Source of the DNA: Podarcis gaigeae
Taxonomy: Eukaryota
Assembly: GCA_964106915.2 (NCBI GenBank)
Contig: OZ066915.1
Strand: one strand, 5' to 3'
DNA: 64,000 nucleotides
The position numbers and the translations under genes are program-made. Below the pieces are notes generated by a model, which made no database searches, was not told the origin of the DNA, and saw only the letters and a list, made by a program, of their open reading frames with translations. Of the stretch, positions 1 to 12,700 are shown in pieces; the first letter of the stretch is position 1; each line of letters starts with the position of its first letter.

Positions 1-522
1 TACGGGGGAGCGGAGAGAGAAAGCTGGATCAATACCACTTTCAGTAACTTGCAGTGATTTGATAAATAGGTATGAACTTGTATACCAAATGATATAATCA
101 TGGACACCAACAGCATACTCATTCTCTGAGTGTGGATCTTATCATTCATGCGGAAGAGAGAGGTGTTTGCAGGCTTGGGGGAACCTCAGCTGAGCTTATT
201 CCCCAATAAGTCTTCAATGGCTTTTATCCTGAATTACTGAAAGCACAACTGCTAATAGCACATAGAAATGCACCTGCCACAGAGGAAATTACTGAGAAAA
301 GTACTTTCTGGGGAGAACTGTCACGTCTGACTGGTTGCACGAATTTTCCATCTCAGGAATAATCCAGCAAATGAGTGCATTCCACTCACCCTTTGAGGCC
401 TACAGATTTGCTACATTAAAAAACCTGAACACAGAGAAGGGATAAGAACAAAAAAGTTGTTGCGTTCCCCCCCCCCCAAAAAAAAAAATAAGGAAAGGAA
501 AAAAGACAGGAGTCATGAATAC

Positions 523-717
523 CAGAGGAGTAAGAGCTGGTCCAGCCCAGTGGGCTGGCACCCCAAGTAGACGATGGCTTGGTGTTTGTTAAGCCTGGAG
601 GTGGTCTTGTAGGAGCAGTAGTGTTTCTGGGCACCTTCCACAGTTCATGGGACAGAGAGGCTTGTGTGTGAGAAATTGGGCCAGAGGACCACGTTGATTT
701 GATGTCTGACAGTTTAC
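523..717 (-). CDS. TNRC6C: TNRC6C exon ([10 protein letters not shown]...LSHELWKVP...SSYSS), silencing domain M2 region
   Basis: ttgcag|GT ... G|gtattc, 195 nt, phase 1-1. Confidence 0.95.
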
Positions 718-3700
718 CTGCAACAGAGAAATGCAATTCATGTATTTGTTAGAATGTAGTATAGGGACACTGAGTGATCCCCAGGGTTCTGTTCTCCTCT
801 TTACACCAGCATAATAAGCACTATAGCAAACACTGATCATAACTGGCAGAGCTTCTCTTGCTAATATATCTGTATAATTAATCCGCAGCCTTTAAAGATC
901 CCAGATTTGTTCCTCCTGGTTTGGACAAAAGTCCCATTAGCAAATGCTTCCAGAGTCCAAACTGTAAGATCTGAAATTAATCTGACTTCTGAATAAAACA
1001 AGTTACTTACAGGTTTAAAATGACTGGCACATAACATTAGTCTTTTTTCTTCTTCTTGAACTGGAGGAACTGTCATGTTTGTTTCTGGGTATGCTAGAGG
1101 TTATGGTGGATCAAGTCCCCTGCTAGTTCCAAAAGTGATCTGCTGACAAGCCCCATTGCCCCATCACCATATTTCATGCCTTCTCCTCTTCCTCCTCCTC
1201 CTTCTCTATCCACAGGAAGAGAATTGCTGACATCTTAAGTTATTGCCCAGCAATTACCCTGGGTGCTCTCCAACTGTTTCTAGATAGCCTGAAAGCAGTA
1301 AGAGACCACATCAGGCTGTTTCTTGCTTAACAATATGTTAACTGTTTCCTCTCCTGTTATCTGTGGGGAAAGGATGATGGGAATGAAGGATGCAAGAGAC
1401 AGGGAGATCTTGCTCCTTATGCATCCTTTATTACTGAACAAAGTATTACTGAATCTACACTATCATTGGCATTCTTGTACCTTGGCTCTCAGAGGGGAGA
1501 GAGTTGACCTCTCAACTGCCATCCCAGAAATGAGAGAAGCACCTTTCTCTCCTTCTTTCTGATGAGGGAGTGAAAGAGAGAAGGGAGTTCCTCATCTTGT
1601 TATCTCCTATATTAATCTGAAATGTTTCCACAAGGACCCCTCATGGCACAACATTTATTCCTGCAATCACACATCCCTTTCTGATTCCTTTTAATCATCA
1701 CGACCAGAAATGAATGGTATGTGTTCAACGAAAGCAAAGAAAAGCACATTATTAAGCATCAATCATATAAATGATGTACTTAGAGGTCAGTAAGAAAAAT
1801 GCAAGATAACTTCCCAGCCTTGAAATATTTTCACATGCATATAAAGAGAGGAAGCTGATTCACACATGCAGTACTAAACACATTTACCATGGAGTATGCC
1901 CTGTGCTGTGGGAGTGTTACTTAAACACACAGCCTTGTCCCAGTGTGAATCTCAAACTTGTGTGGCCTTCCTTAAAAAAAAAAGGGGGGGGGACCAGGAC
2001 CTAGTCCTTATGTTGTATGCAAACTGTACAGCTGTGATGTGTGTGAATTCACCTGCAGTCAAGTTGGTTCTCCTTCTAGATACATTTTTTTCAACAAGAT
2101 GAACTCAAAGGATAAAAATGTTAAATGCTGCAAAAATGGTCTTACAAACCATATGAGTCTGATTTAAAAGTAATATTCAATGTTGAATCTTCATTTTTTT
2201 TAAAAAGAAAACATTTTCAAAACAGTTTTACCATTATGTCACTGGTTCTCACATGGTCAGTGCACAATTCACCAGAGACTTATGTTGTTAAGCAGTATAT
2301 AAATGGTTGAAGTAGATAAATGATAAGTAAAAATAGTAGAAGGAGAAAAGCTACATGAAGGAGCAGTGCATAAAAAATAAAATTAAGGGTAAGTAAACTT
2401 GTTTTATTTCCTTTTAAAGAATTGTTAACAGGTAATCTTTTAAAAATACATGCTTTACTGTTTAAACTAAAGAGCTGAAGATTTAAGATTGTATCCACTG
2501 AGGCTGTCCTTTTAATGCAGGACTTCTGCCTGTGCAATGGAATTTCCTCTCCCTCTCTTGTCCCCATGCATGGCATCTGCTCAGGAGGGTTGGGGGAAGC
2601 CCCAGAACAGATTTGGGGAGAGTGGCACATGGGAAGAAGATATTCCACTGCATAGACAAAAGCCCTTGAGCTGAAATAAGAACTTGGTTGGATACAAGCC
2701 TTAATGGGTACATAAATATAAGAAACCAAAATCGTGGCTACTTGAGCACAGGTCTGCATGAATGTAAATGACATTGGTGAGCTGTGGAAAAAGTTTCCAC
2801 AACCCACCAAGATCATTTACATTCATGCAGACCTGTGCTCATGTAGCCGTTTTTGGTGTCTAGTCTGTGTTGTTTGCCCCATATGGTTCCCAAAGCAAGC
2901 CCGTGGAGAGGGGAGATCTGAAACAGAGTATAAGATTCCAGCTGTACACCAGTTTCTCAGGACTTCAGGCAGTGTGGGCTTAGTAAAGAAAAACAGCTGA
3001 GCTTTCCCTATTACTTACAGATTTCAGCTTAAACTGCCCATTAAGAAATTCACAGTTACTGGAATTATCATTTGGACTATCTAGGCCTGCATCCTGCTTT
3101 GGTGGTAGGTTACATATTGTTTACATCAAGGGGGCCAAAGTACTGTAAGAAGACCATGTAACTCAAAAGCAGGAAAAATAAACGTTCAAAATATTTTTGA
3201 GGTTTTGGGCTACAGTAAAAAAAACATCAGATCCATGGGCTGTCCAGTTGCTGGCTGAAAAGGAGTTCAGCATTCCTTTCCATTTTCAGCAGTGGGAAAC
3301 CCAATACCCTCACAGTCTTCAGTCTGGAGACCAAAATAAAACAGTATCATGTCAACATATTAACATTTTGATCAAGGCTCTCAAAAATTACCTATCTGCT
3401 AGATGTTAAGTGTCTTATTTTGGCCAATCAATTAAAATGCATAAATCTATAACTGCAACATTGCTGGCATTTTGATTCTAGTTAGGGTAGGCCTGGCAGT
3501 ATCTGCAGGTTGAAGCCCCACGTCTCTGGGAGAAAATTAGGTGGCAGTGGCAAGGGTAACTTGAGAAAGTTTGCATATACAAACTCCTCAGCACTGCTCA
3601 GGAAAAAAGCAAGCAGCAAGCACCTGTTCTCGCAGTAAAAGCATTGTGCCCCACCCCTTCTAGTATGTGATATGCAATGTGGGGGTGCATGGCACAATTC

Positions 3701-6700
3701 CTTCCAGAGTGATTAAAAGCCGCACTGGCTGCTTCCTTCCTGGTTCATGGGCAATGTGAGATAAGGCACAAGTTACCCTCCACTTTGCTGACCTAGCCCC
3801 TGTCTCCAGGTAGGAACAAAACATGTGCACAGAAATGACCCTATTCCTTTTGAAATGAAGAGAAAAGAGAGGAGAGAAGGAGGAGGAGAAGCTGGGGCTT
3901 CCCATGAACTCCTACAACATGAAGGGATCAAGCTCATCACCTTTTCCTATCTATGGCGCTGGGAAGAAAACCAGGCTAAGCATTGCCAAAAAACCTTTTA
4001 TGGCCTGTTTTGTTCACCCCTTCCCCAGGTCAAAGAGGAAGTCACAGGACCAAGACAGTAGTGCTTTTTGCTTCAATTTGGCAAAAGTTTAGGCTGGCCC
4101 TGAACAAGGCAAGCTATTTATTGTTTGGAAACAAATCTTAACTTTACAATACAAGCACAGGTGTTCATTTTGTAATAAGATGCATCATATGAAAAGGGCA
4201 CGATCAAGAAGGCCACTTGAGAATTTAGAGATGAGCAATAAGGAGACAATTTGTTGCTGCCCCCCACCCTGACCCCCTTTTCCCAATTGAGTCCACTTGC
4301 ACCTATTGGCCCCAGGGTGGCTGAACAAAGCAAGATTGCTGACAGCATCTTGAAAATTGCTGGGTATGTGTTAGAAATAATGCAATGGAATTTCAGCCAC
4401 ATATATGTTGACAGTGACCACACTGCTCACTTTCTGCTTCATCAAGACATTTGCTGAGATGGGTAGGCAAAGTTGGGAAGGGAAGGGAGAACATGGAGAA
4501 GCAAAAGACTTTGGTTGTATTGATCAACTTATTTCCAGGAAATGAGAAACACAACATCAGACAAGCTATGCTCTTTATTCCACAACTTCTGTTGATGAAA
4601 CAGTATAAGCTAGTTTGAATGACGGTCAAAAGCTTTCCTGGTTCCATGAACAGAATTTAGTCCAATATGCACCAAGGCGCTGGCACTCTATCTAATTTAT
4701 GTTTCTCATTTTGAAGTATTTTCAGTGCCAAACATCCCCATTACATATTCATCACTGCCAAACTCTCAGGACAGTTACTGGACTGAAGGAGCACAGTATG
4801 CAAAAGACATGCGGCACACCTATAGGACCATCAGTACCACATTGAGCAGAAGCCTTTCAAGAACCTCCTCTCTTTGTGGATAAAGAGGGACTCTAAATAG
4901 AAAGACCATTGGTCGTACCTGCAATGCTAGGTGCGGATGCAATGCTGCTGAAAGAGCTACTGTAGCCGGAGGCACTAAGTGGCCAGGCACTCGATGAAGG
5001 CAGCGTGGCATTCTGAGATGATGTTGGGGATGACCCTGCAGAACCAGCAAAGAAGCAACTAAGAAAGATGGGCAGAATGGTGTCTACTGTAGCATATGCA
5101 ATTCTAACACCGTCATGTGCAAACAGAAACCATGCAAGGTAAGATGCTAACCCAGCCTTGCCTTTGAAGTCTAGGAATGAAATGTTATAGGAAGCATGAT
5201 CCGATGCAGCAGAACTAAGTACAAAAAAGGGTGGCACAATGACAAGGGTAGTTGTGCCCATGCAGAAGGATACATTCTAACTCTCCTTAAACTGTTATTT
5301 CCAAGAAGGTGACATTCATTGCCACCGTATCCAGGATACATGAATCGTAGGTGAAAAATGTTTATGAAAATGCAGCTATATCAGTTGAGGTGACCCATGT
5401 GTCAGAAAGTTAAAAGCATCGTTCTGTGCAAGGCAGGTAGGACAGATGTGCTCATCTCGGCCCCACTTGCCTTTGAGAATCCCTGCAACTGTCGCCAGCC
5501 AATCCCAGCCCCTCCAGCTTTGTGGCATAGGATGTTCCCACAAGCCGCAGCAAAATAAGTCACATCACAGGCCAAGGCCAGAGCTGCAGGACCAAATGCC
5601 TCCACAGATCTGCCCTGGGAGCCAAGTGTCAGGTCTAGTACTCTGCAGCCACTGTGCAACTGCCACATTCAGGCTGTTGAAAACCAATAGGGTGGTCAAG
5701 TTGCTAGAAGCCACCTGGAATTATAAATTCTGTTGTAATGCTTCTTAGACAGAGGCACACAAATTACTTTAGAAGTTATTTATATAGTCAGAAAGGCTAA
5801 ACATGACTTACACACATGGCATCTTGTTGGTATGGGTAACTTATATAGGAAGGAAGAATCTCAAGGGGGAAAGCCCAAATAATCGAATCCAATCTAACAT
5901 TAGCATTACTATACAAGTGGACAACAACTCTATTCTAATAAATTAAGGGACTATCCAAGTTTTCAGATGTGATGGAGCAAACATCAGCCATTCATCTTAA
6001 AGGCTTAAGGATCCCATGTTGAACTCATCTATGGTAGATTGTGTTGTGTGAATATATCCTCTGTTTGAGATACCTTGCTATATTGTTGTGAAAACTAGAT
6101 GTATATGTGAATGGTTTTTTAAATAGGAGAATCACTCTTCAGTAACTGGTTTGCTGCAGTACGTCTTGCTCTTGCATCCAGCATTTTCAGTAATAATACA
6201 GGGCCGATCAATATGCTGTGCGGCTGCAGCACCCACATTCAGAGGACTCTAATAGGGCTCTCTGGTTTTTATTTCTCTGCCTGCTCAGACACTGAAAAAT
6301 ATGCAGGCACTGTGATGGGACATCTGTGCATGCCTCACATATCCAGCCCCTTCTCTCCATGCCTTGCAAGTTACTTGTGGTCATAGTGTAAGTATCTTGT
6401 ATTGGACTGGACTGGCATGCATGAAATGTACAGAGATGCTCCTTTCTGTCTAACATCCTATCACAACTACCTGCATGCATGTCTGTGAGGCTGGGGGGGG
6501 GGGGCAGAGGGGAAGCAGATCTCTTCCGAGCCTAGTTGAGCTTTTTGCCTACATTTGCTACCCCTACAAGAAGATAATGTCCAATATATATAAATTCAGA
6601 AAATGGAAAGTTGATGTTATTTTCTGAGTCTCGAAAAAGGTTGGCCGTTATCTTGTACAAGTATTTCATAACAAGATAACTATACATACTAAAACCAATT

Positions 6701-9700
6701 GTAACACAAAGTTGTGTGATAACTTCTGCTCCAGGATCAATGCTCCAGTGAAAAACCAACAGTATAAAACCCACAAAGAAACTGCATGATGCTACATAAT
6801 ATTTTGCGTATCCCACACTCATGTGGACTGCATCATCCCAGACTATGAGGAAGTCAGTTGAGCAGTCAGTGAGTGTTGCATGAAACCAGTGCTTTAGTTC
6901 CCATGAGCATATATATACTTGAATGGCTCCCATGCTTCCAGGAAATCAGCAAATCAACCTGATTATATGTTCTCCGTATATGGTGGTGATCCTGCCTTAG
7001 CACATTTTCTATGGAAAATTATGAAAGGAAAATATTACTAAAATTTCTTTAAAAGTCTTGGAAGCAAAATGCTTACAGACATTGAGGCAATAAATGTAAG
7101 AAGATTATAAGTGGTATACACCTAAATTTTACTCAGAGTAGACCCATTTCACTTAGACCTAACTTAGTCATGTTCATTGATTTCTGTGGGTCTGCCATGA
7201 GTAAACTTAGCTGAACACAACCCTATGGCTCAGCTCACATGAATGAACCTCACACGCTTGTGCATTCATTCATTCCCTCATGCATTCTGATTTCTTCCCA
7301 TACTTCCTAGTTCTCAGCAAAGCATAGTTTGCCATTTCAGCATGGTTTGCCTCCAAACCAGAACCAGAAACCAAGATCAAATGATGGTTTCTAGTTCTGT
7401 GTTTGCTAAGAACCAGGAAGTGTGGGAAATAACTGAAACATCTGAGGAAAGGAAATAATAAGTCAGCCTGAGGCTCATTCATTTAATGAAAAAGCATGGT
7501 TTGGCATTACAGCTGAAGTAAGTCAAAGTTGCAGCAATGCAGATACTGTGGTAAAAATACACCAGTGAAAGAGTAAAAGCCTGAGAAGAGAGATCTTGCG
7601 CTGAAGACACTGGGTAGGTTCAGAGTAACTAAAGCATAATTTAGCAATATGAGAACAAGCCCAATCATTTTGTGGGCTTGCATTCTATCCACTTCTCTTC
7701 CAACATGGCTGTGAGGAGGAATTACCATGTCCAAACCAGTGCATCTTAACTATGGTTAGTGACAATAAGCCAACTTTGAACCATAATTTATGAAGCTGGC
7801 CTATTTTCACTAACCATAGTTAAGTCTAACCACAGTCTAGTTTTCAAATGATCTCCTTGTGCTTGCATCACAGGGGGAAGAGGGTGAGCCCAAGCCCAAG
7901 GGGAATTGAGGCACATTTTAATAACATTTTACTGTGGTTTAACATTATGTCCAAACACAGACAATCTATTTTGGTGTGAAGATTGCAGGTATGATGCCCT
8001 CTATCCTCATATACAATGAGAGAAAATGAAATGGAAAAGGTGTGAATCTAAGAACGGTGACCTAGATTTGATGCAGGTAAAGTGGAACTGTCAATGATCA
8101 TGACAAAAAGGCATGGCAGAACATTCAATCTGCATTGAGGGCAAATAGCTGTAATACAGAAACAGCTGTGGATGAAGATTTGTCTGCAACCTCTAGCAGA
8201 AGGCACAGTCATTAATGACTGTAAGAAGACATCTCTGGCAATGCATTCACAGCTGTGCTCATGCCAGCTGCTGAAGGAACAACACTCAATACTGAATGTA
8301 CAGGGTATTTTTGTATTACTAACAGAGAACCTGAACATCCAGGCAGCATGTATAAGATAGATAAAATTATGGTAGTAAGTATGCATACGAAGATGTGCTG
8401 ATAAATAGGCATTAGGGTGCCTCAGCTAGTTGCAAAGTCACAGGAATTATGTCAACCATACTAAAATTAAATTTGCATTCAAAAAATGCAGATAATTTTT
8501 CATTGTGCAATATAATAACCAAGAAGCAACACATAAACAAAACAAGTTTCCATGATTCTATATGTGCATTCCGATGCTGAGCCCTGAGAGTCTTAGGAAT
8601 GCTTCAAATGTTAGAAAAATCTTGTCATCTGCAAAAGGCTTCACTGTTCACAGTCTGTGCAGTACAAATATATCCTGCTCTTTTCATCACCTTGGTTTCC
8701 CCATCCAGAACAATCTACTCTCCTTCTATTACCCACACTTTTCCTTTCAAAAGATTGGTCGGAGACAATTCAGTTTGTAAATCCACTTTAAACTATGGGT
8801 CAAATGATGTTTGGGGGTTAGTACTAATTTGCCTAATTTTGATGGCAAACTGTGGTTAGAGGAAGCTCTAAAACAGAAAAGGGAATCATAACTCTTTTGG
8901 GGTGGGGTGGTGAAGGATTGGAATGTGATTTCTGAACCATGAACCTGGCCACTTCATTATTGAGGAGTCCACATGTATAAATGTTCACAGAATTATACAA
9001 AATAAATATTTTCTGCAAGTTTTTCTGGTTTCCATAATATTTTACAACATCAATTTCTACTTTACAGTATGAAAACAGCTTTGCCTATGGGATGAATAGC
9101 TTCTGCATTAAGGTATGCATTAGAACAGGGCTGTACAACTTCTAATCATAGTTTGGAGTTCAGTCAAACTGAAGGCTACTTTTATATTTTTACTAACGCA
9201 AGAGTACTACATCATATGGTTAATAACTGAAACTCATTTTTCTTGAAAATTTTAATGCTGCATTTTCTTTAACCCATTCTTTGTTAACCACTTTTCTTTC
9301 TATACTGGGAAAACTGCCCCTCACTCATCCACTGAAGCTGCTATTTGCAGCCATATAGTACCTGTATGTCTTCATGATGATAGAAACAGAATCTTGGAAA
9401 TGAGTTATAATTGTGAAAATGGTGGAAGGAAAAGGAAACCCCCTTTCCTTTCTGCCAGGAAATGATAGAAACCCCATACCAGCACCTCAGTAGCTCAGTT
9501 ATTTCCACTGCACACTCCACAGTGGCCATTAAACTGTTAAAAAGGAGTTGGGAAGCTAATCATAGATCATGTCTAGCTGCACTCACAGAATGCAAAAGGG
9601 TCATTCAGTGCAGCTGGGTGGGTGAATAAGCGGCAAAAATCTGGCACCAGTTCCATCCTGGAATCTTGGGAGAAAAGGGCCAAGGCAAATGTAGTTGTGC

Positions 9701-12700
9701 ATGCATCCTTTCAAACACCCCCCCTTTGATGGGTTTTCAAGGCTCCCACAAATATGAGGCAAAGGACCACAAATAATGGCTATTTTGAATTCCCTTAAAT
9801 TCCAAAGGGATGCCACCAGGCAGGAAAGGGAGATACACTAAGTTCACTGGCCTTATGATTTACAGCCTGGGTTGAGAAGAATGGTATTACAGCACATGTA
9901 GGAAACAAAAGGCAGAGAGCTTTGTACATACATGCAGATGTCTACTACTGACTGTAATCTCTTATTCTTATGTGTCTAACTTCTATGTAAAATGTACATA
10001 GGTGGCGTAACGGAGACAAACAATTATTTTTTCCAGCCGATAAATCCAAGAACATAGCTGAAAAATACACCCAAACGTACAGAACTTCTAAGGACAAAAC
10101 TGATTCATAGTGATCCTTGAAGATAGTGAGTGAAGCAGCTCAATCTATAACTGGGAGGCCTGTTCAATGTAAATTACCAACACAACTATACTCCAGTTAG
10201 TATTGTTGCTACTGGACTTCCACCGGGCAGTGCAAGTCACTTCAATATAAGCTAGGCATCTCCAGATGCAGCGCTTGTTTCTGCTACTTTAGAATCCAGT
10301 TAGTACAGTCAATAGCCTGGTGTTTGAGGAAGCTCAGATAAAGATGTTACAAAGAACATTCACTATATAGGGCCTCTATTTTTATTTTTCTGGGTTTAGT
10401 GATGGGTCAGCCCATTTTCTCATCACAAATGACACCCCATATGAGATTTAGGATATTCACTTTCTTGTTAACAGGACAGCTGATTGTAACTGGGTTATGA
10501 CTTCACAGCTGTAATGTACAGGAAAAAGGAAATCTTTACTGAAGCTCAAGAGTGACATAGCAACTTCTGATGAACATGGAAGACTTGTCCACTAAACTAA
10601 AACGTGTACAGGCTTAAAATTTCAAGATGATGATGAAGTCTTCAAATGATACCCTTACAGGTCAAAGTCAAAATAAATCAAAACCCAAGGCAGGTGTTCA
10701 AGCAGAAACAGCTATTATGAAATACAGTAGATATTCAGGCACGGTTTTGAGCTGCATGAGTGTAAGGACCAAAACTAGACATGACATTTAGTGATGTGCA
10801 TCTTTCTCTATTTGCCTTAAAAATAAGATAAAATAGAGCACTAGGAGGTTGTGAATTGAAAGCAGAGAGGAAGGGGCGGCTTAGTCATTCCCCTGTCTGG
10901 CTCAGCCTTTCCCACAAGCTGAAAGAACAGCTGGAAGGGAGTGATTTTTTGGGTGGGAAAGCAGCCAGCAGAGAAGGTTTACATAGGGCTGTTCCCTGCT
11001 ATTCTGCTGGTTAAACTTGTAGCCACCCAAGGCTGTTTATAGCTTAAAAACTAAATGCTTAGGGAACAAATACAATTGCAAATTATGTCAATTCTATTCA
11101 TGAGTACAGATGGCTTTCAGACTTGGGTATACTATAAAAACACAGAAGTTGAAGAGAAAGGAAGGGAAACAATAAAGGCAACATGACACATGGATATTAC
11201 TCTACCTCCACTCTTGAGTAGATAGCGATTAACATCTTGTATGGTGGTGTTAATAGTTGGCCCTGTTGGAACACTTCCAGGTGTAACGTCAGGATCATTC
11301 TCAGGGTCAATGTTCTGCAATCCTTTCCATGGTACCCCAGGATGAAATTCTGTTTGGGGGGAAATAAGATGACATCACATTTCTTACCAAGAGCCACATG
11401 CGTGGGAAAAGGTACCATTGCGCAGAAGATGAAACCAGGTACACAACTCTCTGGTGATGGGGTGGGCATTTTGATAAAAAGTTTAAGAAAAACATTTTAT
11501 AAGGGAGGTTTGGATGGATGGATTTTGTTGTCCAAATTCAGTGCTAGTATCAGTTCACATCAGGATAAAACATTTTATGTGCCTGCATGCCTTGTCCAAC
11601 AATAGCGTGGCAAAATGTTCCTCGTACTTTCATTTTACGGAAGACTGCAGCTGGAATGAGCTGAACTAGTATGTTAACATTTGGATACTGAAAGCATTGT
11701 CTCAGTAAAGGGGTTTGTATCACATTTCAGATACCTTCAAGCTCTAAAAGCTAGAACACACATTTTTTTTTGTTACCTGGTGGCCAGTTGATACTGGAGC
11801 CATTGGAGATTTTATCACTATCAGATTTGGCACGTGACCAGCTGTGAGGAACGGCTACAGGAGGACTAGCTGGTGACTCGTTGTTTTGAATCAGATCATA
11901 CCGGCCATAAGAGTCATCAATGGAGGACTTTCCTGGAGGACCAATACTCAGACCTCCAGGGATAGCACCTAGAACAAAGAAGGTGGGAAGACAGCACAAG
12001 ATTATTAAGAGCATGGTTAACATTTGACTCCTTCTCTTATTGGTAGTCACTATAATTTTTCTTTCTTTGTTTCAACAGAAATTAGCAAAGTATCGTTCAC
12101 ACAACACATCTGTAGCACTGGCCAGTTAAGTGAAATTTAGCAGGTTAAACTGGGGCTGAAAAGTAGTTAACACAGTTCAAAAGTTATCTATCAAAGATTT
12201 GTGAGATTAAAGCTGCTACTGGGTGTAAATCTCACTGAACACACAGTGGGACCTGTTTCAGAACAAATCTGCATGGGACTGACTTGCTACTGATAAAACT
12301 GTCAAGTAAAGTTAAAACAAAAGGACTCTAATGAAAAATGTAAGATACACAACATGGTATTTTGCTGAGTGTCAGCAAAAGCACTTTGCTATATGGATCA
12401 GTAGATTAAAATCCTTAAAAATCTTATCAATATACTCACAAAATATAAATGTTTTTAAAGAGCACAGTATTAGCTGTGAGTTTAGAAAATGGGAGTTTCA
12501 GACAAGAGCAGGGAGCTAAAATAGGTTTCTCTCAGTATTGGGCTAAAATGTATAATGACACTAAGGGCAATACTGAATTTTCACTTCTGCTCTGCATACA
12601 GTTGTTGTAGTCTGCATTTAATTTACATTAACGTGATGAATTCCAAACATAGTGGTAGGTATTTTGCATTCTCTTTGGGGTGTGTTTTTTTGGAAACTGC

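Noticed and set aside
6119-10145. Endogenous viral element or transposase as the explanation for the protein-like intron
   Set aside because: No viral or DDE motifs were seen; the collinear multi-TM pattern fits the Patched family better.
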